Assembly: GCA_965205335.1 (NCBI GenBank)
Contig: OZ242164.1
Span: 128,001 to 192,000 of the forward strand
Length of the DNA stretch: 64,000 bases
Source: Candidatus Woesearchaeota archaeon
GTDB taxonomy: Archaea > Nanobdellota > Nanobdellia > Woesearchaeales > UBA583
Direction of reading: 5' to 3'
Both the position numbers and the translations under genes were made by a program. A model generated the notes under the pieces. The model was not told the origin of the DNA. It saw only the letters and a program-made list of their open reading frames with translations, and ran no database searches. Position 1 is the stretch's first letter, and the number at the start of each line of letters is the position of its first letter. This document shows positions 51,962-62,069 of this stretch, piece by piece.

Positions 51962-52054
51962 TCTAATATTAGAATTACTTACTTATTTATAAAATTTGTG
52001 TAAATGGTAAAATTTACAGAAATTTACCATTATTGACAACAGCATTTACATAAA

Positions 52055-52683
52055 GTGAAGAAGAGGTTAAATGAAAGAGGAGATGATGTTTACTGGACAT
52101 GGAATAGTGATGACATTCATTTAGCATTTGATTTAGTTAGACCGTTTGAAAAGCAAAGTGTTTGTGTCAGAAATAAAGAAGAGGAACAAGATCTAAATGT
52201 ATCAGTAATAATCTCTGCGGTAAGTAATTTGAAGGATTTTAAGTATATAATGTAAATATTAAAAACAATGATGTAGATGATGATATAGAAAAAGTTCCTA
52301 ATTATTTTGATTATAGAGTTTCATTTGCACAGCAGAGAAGAGATAGTGATAAGAACAAGTTTAAAAAATTCAAATATAAAAAAACTGTAAAAAGAGGTGA
52401 TAAGGAAGTAGAAGTAGATTCCGAAAGAGAACTAAATTATACAGATAATCTTTATAGTGGAATTTTAAACTTGTCAGGATATAAACTTCCAACAGGAACT
52501 CCTGAAGAGGAAGTTACACTGCATATAACTTATCATAAAAAAGATAAAGAACCAGTAACAATATCAAGAACATTCAGAATAAGACAATGTAATCCTGGAA
52601 TAATTGACAGAACCTCTACAGATGACGGTGATGATCCTAGTATTAAGGGAAGCTCTGGGGGAGATATTCCTAGTCAAGAATAA
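52055..52683 (+). pseudogene. Convergent partner type A2, frameshifted and fused to a NYN fragment
   Basis: KRLNERG..DDIHLAFDLVR (NYN-like) joined to PFEKQSVCVRNKEEEQDL; C-terminal FRIRQC + unique tail. Confidence 0.65.
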
Positions 52684-52690
52684 TTATGAG

Positions 52691-53632
52691 TTAAAATCTT
52701 AATCTTGGTAAAGGATCTCTTACAACATAAATTGAACCATCTCTTTCAATTATAGAATATTCTGGCAACTTTCCTTTTTCTGTTAGGTCTTCAATTACCC
52801 ATGCCCGATAAAGACTTCTCCTTTCAGGAGAATTAGTTCTATCATAAAAATCCGCCAATGTTAAAAGACTTAGTTCTACAAGTTCTTTATCTCTAAAATC
52901 CACGTTCCTGAGAATATTCACATTATATGCTAATAGGTGATTTCCTTCGTCTGAAAATGGAGCAAAGTCATATTTTTCTTTCCATTCTCTTACTTTTTCT
53001 CTAACTCCAGATGCATTCATAAATGTACCATTTATTATTGGTTCTGCTCCTTGTGGACTGCCTGTTGCTCCTACATATAATGATTTAAGTAAATCACTTT
53101 CATTGTCAGGACTATTGTCTCTCAAACCTCTTGCAAAATACCACACACCTGAAGGGGGAGAGGGGGGAGGCGGAACGTCTAACCCTGGATCTCCGTCCTC
53201 ATCGGCAAAGAAATTATAATCATCATCTGCATGAATTTTTAAAAGAAGCCAATAGTGTGGTGTGTCCATATCTTCGCTTGATATTTTATCTATTGATGTA
53301 GGAATACCTCTTGGACTATAATATCCCTGATCTGGATACATTGCATAATCAATTAATACATCATCAACGGATTCATCATTCACATAATTATCATTTATCA
53401 AGTCAATTGCTCCTTGCATTTCTGGGTAGTTTGCCCAAATCCTATTTCTTGCTTCATCTGAGATTTTCTTCCTTCTTTGTGCAAATGCTAATTTTGGAGT
53501 AACTGCAATAACTCCTGCACCTAATAATCCTTTTAAAAATCTCCTCTTTGAAGGACTTTCTATCTCTTCCATAAAATTTCCATTATATATATGGTTTCCT
53601 ATTCGCTTTTCTAATTTAATTGCTGTTTCCAT
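52691..53632 (-). CDS. Putative secreted protein, family B2 (Tat signal)
   Basis: Mosaic of blocks shared with 41960 and 43595. Confidence 0.8.
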   Translation of the reverse strand: METAIKLEKRIGNHIYNGNFMEEIESPSKRRFLKGLLGAGVIAVTPKLAFAQRRKKISDEARNRIWANYPEMQGAIDLINDNYVNDESVDDVLIDYAMYPDQGYYSPRGIPTSIDKISSEDMDTPHYWLLLKIHADDDYNFFADEDGDPGLDVPPPPSPPSGVWYFARGLRDNSPDNESDLLKSLYVGATGSPQGAEPIINGTFMNASGVREKVREWKEKYDFAPFSDEGNHLLAYNVNILRNVDFRDKELVELSLLTLADFYDRTNSPERRSLYRAWVIEDLTEKGKLPEYSIIERDGSIYVVRDPLPRLRF

Positions 53633-53798
53633 TGTTAATTAAAAAGAAACTTGCACCATCATATAAAGTTTATATAATTCTTAAATAACTAAATGCATGC
53701 CTTTTAACATTTAAGAGTTTTATTGTGAAAACTCTCTTTAATACTTAAAATAATAAGAGATTGTTATTTATATAATTTTCTCTACTCAATGATAGTAA
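53633..53798 (-). promoter_or_regulatory. 166-bp cassette leader, copy 5
   Basis: Reverse complement of the leader repeat. Confidence 0.85.
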
Positions 53799-53856
53799 TG
53801 GTGGTATAGAAGATTTATCTCTTGGATTAAAAAATTTTGACTCAAAAGAAATAAAT

Positions 53857-54147
53857 TTGTCAGATGGCTTAATTGGAAGATTCAGGGAGTTAAATACAAG
53901 TGGAAGTTTCTCAGAAAAAGTAGGACAACATTTTACAGGAACAAGAGAACCACCAAAATTAACATTAAGATACACATTAGAATCTAAAAGAATAGTAGAA
54001 GTAGAAGGACAAAAGCAGCCAGAAAAAATATTAAATTTTAGTAAGAGTGGTTTAGTAGAATTTTACTTAACATCATCAGACAATTGCAGAAGACAACAAC
54101 AAGGAGATGTAGGGGGAGTAGGTGATGCCGATGAAGGGGAAATTTAA
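53857..54147 (+). CDS. Convergent partner fragment, type A1
   Basis: Same constant part; tail QQQGDVGGVGDADEGEI. Confidence 0.55.
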   Translation: MSDGLIGRFRELNTSGSFSEKVGQHFTGTREPPKLTLRYTLESKRIVEVEGQKQPEKILNFSKSGLVEFYLTSSDNCRRQQQGDVGGVGDADEGEI

Positions 54148-54149
54148 TG

Positions 54150-55070
54150 TTAATATTTATAATTATAGTGGGGGGGTCCTCTAATCTTAAATCCTACATC
54201 TTCTCTTAATGGTGCTTCTATATTTCTATTTATAAGTAAGCCTATTTCCATTTGATTACCCCTACTAGGGCGATAATTTACTACAAGCCAATAACTACTC
54301 CAGGATGCTGCGAGTTTTCTGTTGTACGGGTCTCTTGGGTCTCTTGATTCTTTGTCTCCATTACTCATTTCCTCAAATTGTTTTTTTATGTCCATAACTA
54401 CTCTTGTTTTTCCTTCCATATCTGACTCTAAATATTCTTTTGCTTTTTGTTCTGCTGTTTCAGTATCAGAATATGCAGCGTATGCTATTGAATGGACAAA
54501 ATTACTCTCAGTCGCTCTTTTTGTCTGTTCACTCCCTATGCTTTTTTCATGCGGGATATAACGACCTGCCCACTGATAAATATAAGAAATATAAAAATTT
54601 TTAATTCCTCTATCAAAATTTAACATCTGAGGCACATCCCTAACCTCCGGCAATCTAACAGTAATACCAAGCCCACTACGGTATTTGTGATTAATTTGTT
54701 CTCTTAACAAGTACAATGCCGGCTCAATCCTTTTTGACTTATCCTCTACTAATACACTGTCAAAGAATCCACCAATTACACCATTCAGCCTATTATTAAT
54801 GCTTCCATAGCTGCTCCTTCCTCTGTCTTCTCCAACTTGATCTCTATATAATATTCTTATTGCTCTATCACGGCAGTTTGCTATCCCCGGTGGTAAGCCC
54901 TGCGCATTTGCCTCTGAACTACATAATGTTGCATAACCTACTAAACTAACTAAACCAACCCCAAGTTTCTTTAAAAAATTCCTCTTTGAAGGACTTTCTA
55001 TTCCTCCCATAAAATCTCCATTATATATATGGTTTCCTATTCTCTCTTCTAAATTAATTGTTGTTTCCAT
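54150..55070 (-). CDS. Putative secreted protein, family B1
   Basis: Identical to 39118 up to AASWSS, then a different C-terminus. Confidence 0.8.
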   Translation of the reverse strand: METTINLEERIGNHIYNGDFMGGIESPSKRNFLKKLGVGLVSLVGYATLCSSEANAQGLPPGIANCRDRAIRILYRDQVGEDRGRSSYGSINNRLNGVIGGFFDSVLVEDKSKRIEPALYLLREQINHKYRSGLGITVRLPEVRDVPQMLNFDRGIKNFYISYIYQWAGRYIPHEKSIGSEQTKRATESNFVHSIAYAAYSDTETAEQKAKEYLESDMEGKTRVVMDIKKQFEEMSNGDKESRDPRDPYNRKLAASWSSYWLVVNYRPSRGNQMEIGLLINRNIEAPLREDVGFKIRGPPHYNYKY

Positions 55071-55405
55071 TGTTAATTAAAAAGAAACTTGCACCATCAT
55101 ATAAAGTTTATATGATTCTTAAATAACTAAATGCATGCCTTTTAACATTTAAGAGTTTTATTGTGAAAACTCTCTTTAATACTTAAAATAATAAGAGATT
55201 ATTATTTATATAGTTTTCTCTACTCAATGATAGTAAGACAATAGGAATTTGAATTTCTACTTTTAATATTTAGATGCAAAGGAATTATTCTTAAATACTT
55301 AATTTCTAATAACTTATAGAATGGATTAAACTTTTATAAATAAAGAAATCAAAATTTTTAGTTAAATTTATGAAAAATAAAGACTTGATGATAACATAAG
55401 AGAAG
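54293..55405 (-). repeat. Right arm of the ~1.11-kb inverted repeat
   Basis: Reverse complement of 38782-39895. Confidence 0.92.
55071..55236 (-). promoter_or_regulatory. 166-bp cassette leader, copy 6
   Basis: Reverse complement of the leader repeat. Confidence 0.85.
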
Positions 55406-55848
55406 TTGTTACCATATCAAAAGAAGAGTATGAGAGTCTTAAGGCAAAAGAGAAATTTGCACAATATGGTTTAGCCCAACTCAAACTTACTTATAGCAGA
55501 ATACGAAAAAAACGGACTTCAAAAAGTCCTATAGTCATCTACTAAAAAATGTTTAAATATCTCTTTGTTTTCTTTAACAAATTTAATTATTTCTTGCCAT
55601 CATAAGCCACTAAAAGTACTTTTTGCGGTTCTATTTTCCAAATATAATCAGTAATAAAGTCTCTTGCTGTCAATAACAACTTTATAATCAACTGAAATAA
55701 TTTTCCGTATATAATTACAATATATTGTACCTTTTTACGTAAATTGCCAAAATAGGGTTCTGTTAAATTTCAGAGACCTGTCAATTTATTTCTTTTAGGT
55801 GATTGAGTAGAGTAAGTGAAAAAACTTTCTGAAAATTTAATAATAAAT

Positions 55849-56001
55849 TTATTCTAATAATTTATTCTTTTTAATGTGTTCTCTAACTGCTTCTTTACAA
55901 AAATCTGCTCTACTTTGATATAGAGGACTTGCATTAATTATCTTATCTACTTCATTCACCATATCCTGAGGAAATGAAACATTTGTATATTTTGAGTTCA
56001 T
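55849..56001 (-). CDS. CopG/ribbon-helix-helix protein (50 aa, not in the ORF track)
   Basis: MNSKYTNVSFPQDMVNEVDKII...YQSRADFCKEAVRE. Confidence 0.75.
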   Translation of the reverse strand: MNSKYTNVSFPQDMVNEVDKIINASPLYQSRADFCKEAVREHIKKNKLLE

Positions 56002-56113
56002 ACCTTTGGAAATGGTATTATAAATAAAATATTTATCTGAGACTTCTATAAGAATTATGTGAGATTTCCTATGAAATATGATCTATAAAGTAAGAGATAT
56101 TATGTATAATAAA

Positions 56114-56249
56114 ATGCCTAAAATAAAGTTTGAAGTAGATGGGTGGTTATTGTTGCAGATGTAATCATAAATGGAAAGCAAGGAAGGTAAACAAGCCTAT
56201 AATATGTCCTAAATGTAAAAGTCCATATGGGGATATTTTGAAAAAATAA
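56114..56249 (+). pseudogene. Small Zn-ribbon protein, frameshifted
   Basis: MPKIKFEVDG / CCRCNHKW...CPKCKSPY split across frames. Confidence 0.55.
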
Positions 56250-56400
56250 AAAAATTTGCTTATTTATTTGTATTACAACCAAGTGCTTAATCAAATTATT
56301 AGAACTTAATTTCTAAATAAGTAATTCTCAAATTCCATGATTATACATCATAATACACTAAATAAAATTAGAAAAAGTAAATTAAAAAATATAAGATAAT

Positions 56401-59058
56401 TTATCCTACATTAACTTGTGAACCTTCTAAGTTGCCAGAACTTAATCTACTAGCAGCAGCTGACGTATCAGCAGCTGACCAACCATATACTAAAACGGAG
56501 TTCACACTCTCAAACAATCTAATCTGACCCTGTCCAGGAGATAAACCTGACGCAACACCCACTGACGGGTATGGAAGGCTAAGTAGTTGAGCCGCAACCC
56601 TGTTAACAGCAGGACCTCCAACAACAATCATATTACTTGTTCCAATAACCTGACTATCTAACAAAGGACCTGAGATTGCAAAAGTAACTGCTCCCTCTCT
56701 CATATCATTAACCTCTACATTTTTGTACATGCTTTCTCCTTTAAGTTCATCAGCTCTCTCTTCAGCCTCTTCCATTGTCATAAATGATTCAGACATAAAC
56801 TCAGTTTTAGCACTATCACCGAATACAACGGAAACTTCTGCTCTTACCTGTTCATCAGGAGTCATAATAGTTATTTTATCATTATCATCATTTACTTCTA
56901 CCATTACACCATACTTAGTAACGAAAGTTTTAAAGTCTGAATCTTCATCATTATCAGCATTATCAGCATTTACCCACTTATCCTCATCTCCCTCAAGTTG
57001 AGGTGTATTAAATTCCAATTCATCATCTGAGTTCCAAATAATAGGTATAGTAATATTCATATCCACATCATTAGGTTTATCATAATTTACATCACCCTTA
57101 TCTAATTTGAAAGTTAATTTTGATGAAGCAGGAGCTACTGCTAAAAAATTAACATTCTCAGCTTCTTCTGTCAATTCTAAAACCATCTCGTTCTCAAATG
57201 GGATTTCATTACCTAATTTTCTTGTGTCAAGTGTAATTTCACCTCTATCATCAATCACAGTTGAAAATGGAGCACCTCTTCCTAAATCTTCAGCCCAGTC
57301 AGCAAGAGGAAGATTATCCACATCATTTCCCCTTAAAAGTTCATTAAAATGAGTCTCATATTCCTCTGCATCTCCTACTTTCCCAATCTCATACAGGAAA
57401 GCATCATTCTTATCTCCAAGTAAGAAACCAAAACCTTCACTATCACTTAATTTAAATGCTACATTATCATTCATTAAATCCACTATATCACCATCTGCAG
57501 TATTCACAAATCCTGGAATATCTGGTAATGATCCTCTGAAAAATATTCTATTATCATCATTATTTCCTACAACATATAAATGAACCCCAGTAATCACCTT
57601 TTCTGAATCCTTCAATACATTTGCATGTAAAAGTGACTTACTAAGACTTTCACCTTCATCTGTTTCTCCAAAGATTTCAATGTCATCATCATTAGCTTCA
57701 AGTTTTAATTCACTATAATCAGGTTCATTAGTTCCTTCATATACCACTTCAAAAGCGTCAAACAGAACATCTGTAAGAGAGTCTCCTTCCTGTAATAGAA
57801 AATGATCATCTACTATGTAATCAATAGTAATTGTTTCTAAACCTTCACCAGAGAATTCTACATTAATATCATATTCTCCCTCGTACATATCACTAAAATC
57901 CTCATTGTTGATTTTAACTCTACCTTTTTCAAGTGTAACCTTATTTCCACCAACAACTAATACTGCATTACCTTTAGTATGTTGTGACCCTGAAACTAAA
58001 TCAGTAACTGCTATCACAAGTCCGCTTACATCTTCAGAATCATATTCATCAATTGACTGTGCGTCACCGTCAACTTCAAGCAGAACTTCGTCATCATCAA
58101 TGTTCAGAACTGTAATTTCATATGTTCTACCTCCAAAAGGAACAGATATAGATCCACCTTCAGGTAAAGCATACCTCTGAGAACCACCAGTTAAAACTAA
58201 CTTAGTTACATTACGATTTTCATCATCCTTCTTTCCATTTCTTGTAATATCAGCAATAGTAAACTCATTTCCCATAATTTCTAACTCGTGACCGATTAAA
58301 TCATCATCAAACTTATCTTCATCAAGAGAAATAGGACTATTCATTTCTAATGTGTAACTTGCAAATATATCACCATCTTTATAGAAAATTCCACTAGTGA
58401 TTTCTTCCACACCATCAACTTCATCACGCAGAGCATAGTTAAATTCTCCACCAAGTAACTCTAATTTTTGTTCATAATCTTCATCAGAAATGTCATTATC
58501 AAATCTTTTATCTTTTAAAACATCAGTATCTGACTCATCAAATCCACTTGTTTCAGTAACTCCATCAGTTATAATTGGGATTTTATTGCCACTAGGAGCA
58601 TGTAATACGAAACCTTTACTATCAACATCAACTGATAATTCTGGGTCATCATTATTATAATCTGTTGGGAAAAGTTTTGCAAGTTCTCCATCTGGACTAT
58701 AATCATCCCTATGTAAATATTTCTTGTCAAAAAAATCTCCAAGATATTCACCATAGTTCAATTCAGTATTAGACCTTACTGCATCTACTGTATCACCGCC
58801 TCCACCTCCTGTGGATTTGATATAAGTAACCTCATATTTCATACTCTCTGTCTTAAGAGAATCAATAATCATGTTAGCTGCAGTTGAATCAGAAGCCTGA
58901 GCCGCTGCACCTACTACAACATTAACTCCTGTATTATTAAAATTATCAGGATAATTGCTTAATCCAGCACCGAAAACCGCTGAACTTGCCATCACAACAG
59001 ATGTTGCCACTGCTGTAATTCTTCTTGTTGCTTTTTTAAAAGCTCTATTTATTACCAT
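56401..59058 (-). CDS. S-layer protein
   Basis: Signal peptide, LSNYPDNF..VVVGAAAQASD N-domain, very acidic body, C-terminal NMIVVGGPAVNRVAA. Confidence 0.88.
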   Translation of the reverse strand: MVINRAFKKATRRITAVATSVVMASSAVFGAGLSNYPDNFNNTGVNVVVGAAAQASDSTAANMIIDSLKTESMKYEVTYIKSTGGGGGDTVDAVRSNTELNYGEYLGDFFDKKYLHRDDYSPDGELAKLFPTDYNNDDPELSVDVDSKGFVLHAPSGNKIPIITDGVTETSGFDESDTDVLKDKRFDNDISDEDYEQKLELLGGEFNYALRDEVDGVEEITSGIFYKDGDIFASYTLEMNSPISLDEDKFDDDLIGHELEIMGNEFTIADITRNGKKDDENRNVTKLVLTGGSQRYALPEGGSISVPFGGRTYEITVLNIDDDEVLLEVDGDAQSIDEYDSEDVSGLVIAVTDLVSGSQHTKGNAVLVVGGNKVTLEKGRVKINNEDFSDMYEGEYDINVEFSGEGLETITIDYIVDDHFLLQEGDSLTDVLFDAFEVVYEGTNEPDYSELKLEANDDDIEIFGETDEGESLSKSLLHANVLKDSEKVITGVHLYVVGNNDDNRIFFRGSLPDIPGFVNTADGDIVDLMNDNVAFKLSDSEGFGFLLGDKNDAFLYEIGKVGDAEEYETHFNELLRGNDVDNLPLADWAEDLGRGAPFSTVIDDRGEITLDTRKLGNEIPFENEMVLELTEEAENVNFLAVAPASSKLTFKLDKGDVNYDKPNDVDMNITIPIIWNSDDELEFNTPQLEGDEDKWVNADNADNDEDSDFKTFVTKYGVMVEVNDDNDKITIMTPDEQVRAEVSVVFGDSAKTEFMSESFMTMEEAEERADELKGESMYKNVEVNDMREGAVTFAISGPLLDSQVIGTSNMIVVGGPAVNRVAAQLLSLPYPSVGVASGLSPGQGQIRLFESVNSVLVYGWSAADTSAAASRLSSGNLEGSQVNVG

Positions 59059-59568
59059 TTTTGTTCATCTCATATAATTCTCATATAAGTCTGACATATA
59101 TACAACATAATTAGCAGACATATATTATATTAAGTAATTTAGTATTATCTCAGTAATAACAAATTTTTTATTGTAACTAATGATATGAAAAGTATGTTTA
59201 TAAACTTTGAATTTTTAATTATTCATCCTAAGTTAGAAGTCAAATAAATTTTGTAGATAGATTTTAAACCTCTCATTTACGGAATAGCCAAGACGTTAAA
59301 CCTAACTGGGGACAATAGATTGGTTCTTTCTTTTACCAACCTATTGTGGTTATTTTAGCAGTATAGGCAGTTTTATCTAATATAGTTTTACCTTTGTGGT
59401 TATAAAAAATTTTAACGTTTCAGATAATTATTATACTAGTCTCAGAGAAATAGTTTATTTATGTTAGAAATATTTATTTCTATATAGTAATAATACGAGG
59501 TCTCTGAAATTTAACAGAACCCCAAAATAGTGAATTTTATAAATGTACCTTTCCTGATAGTAATAAAA

Positions 59569-60621
59569 ATGGTTAAAATATATGGCTCAAGTGGTAGTGA
59601 AAAAAGATTCCTTGACGCAGTTAATTCAAGACTGAAAGGGTGTGAACTGAACTCTCTTGATGAATTTGAAGAATACAAATCAGACCCCTTAAAATGGGAA
59701 AAAGAACTAATAGACGAAAAAGAATTCAGAGTAAAGTCCTGTGAAGATGAGAATGTGTTCCTAAAAAAAGAGAATGTGAGAAATAAGATTAGAATAGAAA
59801 GAATAGTTTCCAAAATAAATCTCAGAAACAAAACAGTATTAAAGAATTTTGGAGAAATCAAAGAAAAAGCTCAAAATAAAGTTGATGAATTAGAATATAA
59901 AAAATCTAAAATAGAAAAAAATCTAAAAAGAAATAGGGATAAGCTTGTACAAAACACAAAAGACACTCAAAACACCAAAAAAGTTGAAATCAAAACAATA
60001 ATGGAGAATTACAAACACAATGCAAAAGAAATCAAACTTATTCAAAAAGACAAAGAACTTTTAAACTTAATAACTAAATCTCACAGTGAAAACCTTGTTA
60101 TAAAGCGTTTTCAGGAGAGTTTCAGATCAGACAATCTCACTTATTTAATTAACGGACTTAATCTGAACATGCTAAATAAAAATTCAAGAAAACCAAACAT
60201 AATAGATCATCTATTTATATCAAAGAAGGGCGTATTCTTATTTGAAATAACGCAACAGATGAAAATTACTCCAAAAGTTAAAGCAGAGATAAGAAAGAGA
60301 TTAGAAAATCTGGGAAAAGCATTTAAAACTAAATTTAAAGACATAGTGAAGATCAATCCAAAAGTTACCTTAATAAGCGCACGAGAAGAAATCAAATTAG
60401 ACGGGTTCAAAACTTTAAATATTGACAATTTAAAAAAATACATATCAGACAGAGAGGAAATACTAAGCAATGATGATTTAACGATAATTCTAAATGAAGT
60501 CCTGAAATATACTCACAGCATCTCTACAATAGACACTTTATCAATCAAAACAAAGAAAGTATTAGTTGATGTTAAAGAATACATTAACAAAAAATTCAAT
60601 GAAATAAGCAATAAACCTTGA
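59569..60621 (+). CDS. Coiled-coil + NERD-like nuclease-related protein
   Basis: IDHLFISKKGVFLFE after a long coiled-coil region. Confidence 0.7.
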   Translation: MVKIYGSSGSEKRFLDAVNSRLKGCELNSLDEFEEYKSDPLKWEKELIDEKEFRVKSCEDENVFLKKENVRNKIRIERIVSKINLRNKTVLKNFGEIKEKAQNKVDELEYKKSKIEKNLKRNRDKLVQNTKDTQNTKKVEIKTIMENYKHNAKEIKLIQKDKELLNLITKSHSENLVIKRFQESFRSDNLTYLINGLNLNMLNKNSRKPNIIDHLFISKKGVFLFEITQQMKITPKVKAEIRKRLENLGKAFKTKFKDIVKINPKVTLISAREEIKLDGFKTLNIDNLKKYISDREEILSNDDLTIILNEVLKYTHSISTIDTLSIKTKKVLVDVKEYINKKFNEISNKP

Positions 60622-60650
60622 TTTAAATTTTCGATTTTTTAATAAAAAAC

Positions 60651-61799
60651 CTATCCTTTCCAATTAATAATTGGTTTAATATGAGAGAGAACTCTAACAC
60701 TCTTTTTCTGAGCATCCATTACATCATAAATATTCTTATATGCCTGTGGAGCTTCATCTAATGTATTCTTATCAATCTTTCCAACAATACCTTTCATCTT
60801 ATCCTCAAACTCTTTCATCTTAATCTTTAACTTTGCCTCTGTCCTGCTTAAAACTCTTCCTGCCCCATGTGATGAACTTTCCAAAAAATCCTTATTTCCC
60901 AAACCTTCAACCAAAAAACATCCCTCCTGCATATTTGCTGGAATAACTCCTTTCTCATTCTTTCTTGCAGGAGTAGCTCCTTTTCTGTGGATATAAAATC
61001 CCCTCTCGAAAATTGCATGATTATGATTCTTATTAGTCCATAACTCAAAATTTAAAGAAGAATCACGTAAAATGTTTCTTAAAACATCCCTGGCCTTATA
61101 CGCCATCTCTAATCTATTTAATAATGCAAACTCCAAACCAAAATTTAAAACATTTAGGTACTCTCTACCTTCCTGAGAGTCAATATCTAAAGAATATGTT
61201 TTCTCATACCCTTTATCACTTCCTGACGCCTTCTTCATATAATGAGTTGCAACTTTGTGACCAATGCCTCTTGAACCACTATGAATTACGAGCCATACCT
61301 CATCACATTTCCCTTTAATAAAACCAAGCTCAATAAAATGATTCCCAGAACCTAGAGAACCTAAATGAGAAACTGCCTGAGTTCTTAAAAACTTGTAAAC
61401 ATCTTTATCATAATCTCTTTTACAAAAGTCTTCTAAAATCACTTTAAAATCTTCCCTTGACTTATCTGAAACATCCTTTAAATGCCCAATCCTCCCCTTC
61501 CCCATTGGAATAACCAAACTAACATCATCAAAAATCCTCTTAGCTTTTTCTCTAACTAAACTTACAATATTCTCTTTCCTGAAAACACATGCAATCACCC
61601 CGCAGCCAATATCATAACCAACCCATGAAGGAATAATTTTATTCCTAGTTTTAAAAACCGAACCTATTGGTGCTACATATCCCTTATGAGCATCAGGCAT
61701 AAGCGAAGCATGAACTACAAAATCCTCACTGCAACAAGAATCAAACTGAGACATAGTGCTCTCATCAAGTCCAATTGCGAAATTAGTTACTTTCTTCAT
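60651..61799 (-). CDS. rtcB: RtcB-family RNA ligase
   Basis: MPDAHKGY, VGYDIGCG, LGSGNHFIE, HSGSRG, HRKGAT, SHGAGR, DEAPQAYK. Confidence 0.95.
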   Translation of the reverse strand: MKKVTNFAIGLDESTMSQFDSCCSEDFVVHASLMPDAHKGYVAPIGSVFKTRNKIIPSWVGYDIGCGVIACVFRKENIVSLVREKAKRIFDDVSLVIPMGKGRIGHLKDVSDKSREDFKVILEDFCKRDYDKDVYKFLRTQAVSHLGSLGSGNHFIELGFIKGKCDEVWLVIHSGSRGIGHKVATHYMKKASGSDKGYEKTYSLDIDSQEGREYLNVLNFGLEFALLNRLEMAYKARDVLRNILRDSSLNFELWTNKNHNHAIFERGFYIHRKGATPARKNEKGVIPANMQEGCFLVEGLGNKDFLESSSHGAGRVLSRTEAKLKIKMKEFEDKMKGIVGKIDKNTLDEAPQAYKNIYDVMDAQKKSVRVLSHIKPIINWKG

Positions 61800-61847
61800 A
61801 TGAATTATAAAAGAATAAGTAAGATATTATAAACTTCTTCTTTTTTA

Positions 61848-61974
61848 GGCTCTGTCCGGAAATTCAAGAGAACTTAAAATATTGTATCAATAAAGCAACT
61901 TTTGACGAATAATTTTTTCTTTGATTGAGTATAGTTAGCATAGATTTTGGAAAAAGCAATTTCCGGACAGAGCC
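61848..61974. mobile_element. Family-1 MITE, stand-alone insertion with 8-bp TSD
   Basis: Perfect TIR GGCTCTGTCCGGAAATT; CTTTTTTA at 61840-61847 and 61975-61982. Confidence 0.95.
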
Positions 61975-62069
61975 CTTTTTTAAGGTAATTAATTAATGTA
62001 ATATAATTCTCTTTAACTCTTGGAGTAGTAACTAAATAATAAATATAATTAGAAGGTGATACAAGTAAA

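Noticed and set aside
38782-55405. Diversity-generating retroelement behind the variable C-termini
   Set aside because: No reverse transcriptase in the window, and differences between paralogues are block-like with indels rather than visibly adenine-restricted
56723-58754. Short ORFs overlapping the S-layer gene, and similar antisense ORFs across the window
   Set aside because: They overlap long, motif-supported genes and show shadow-frame composition
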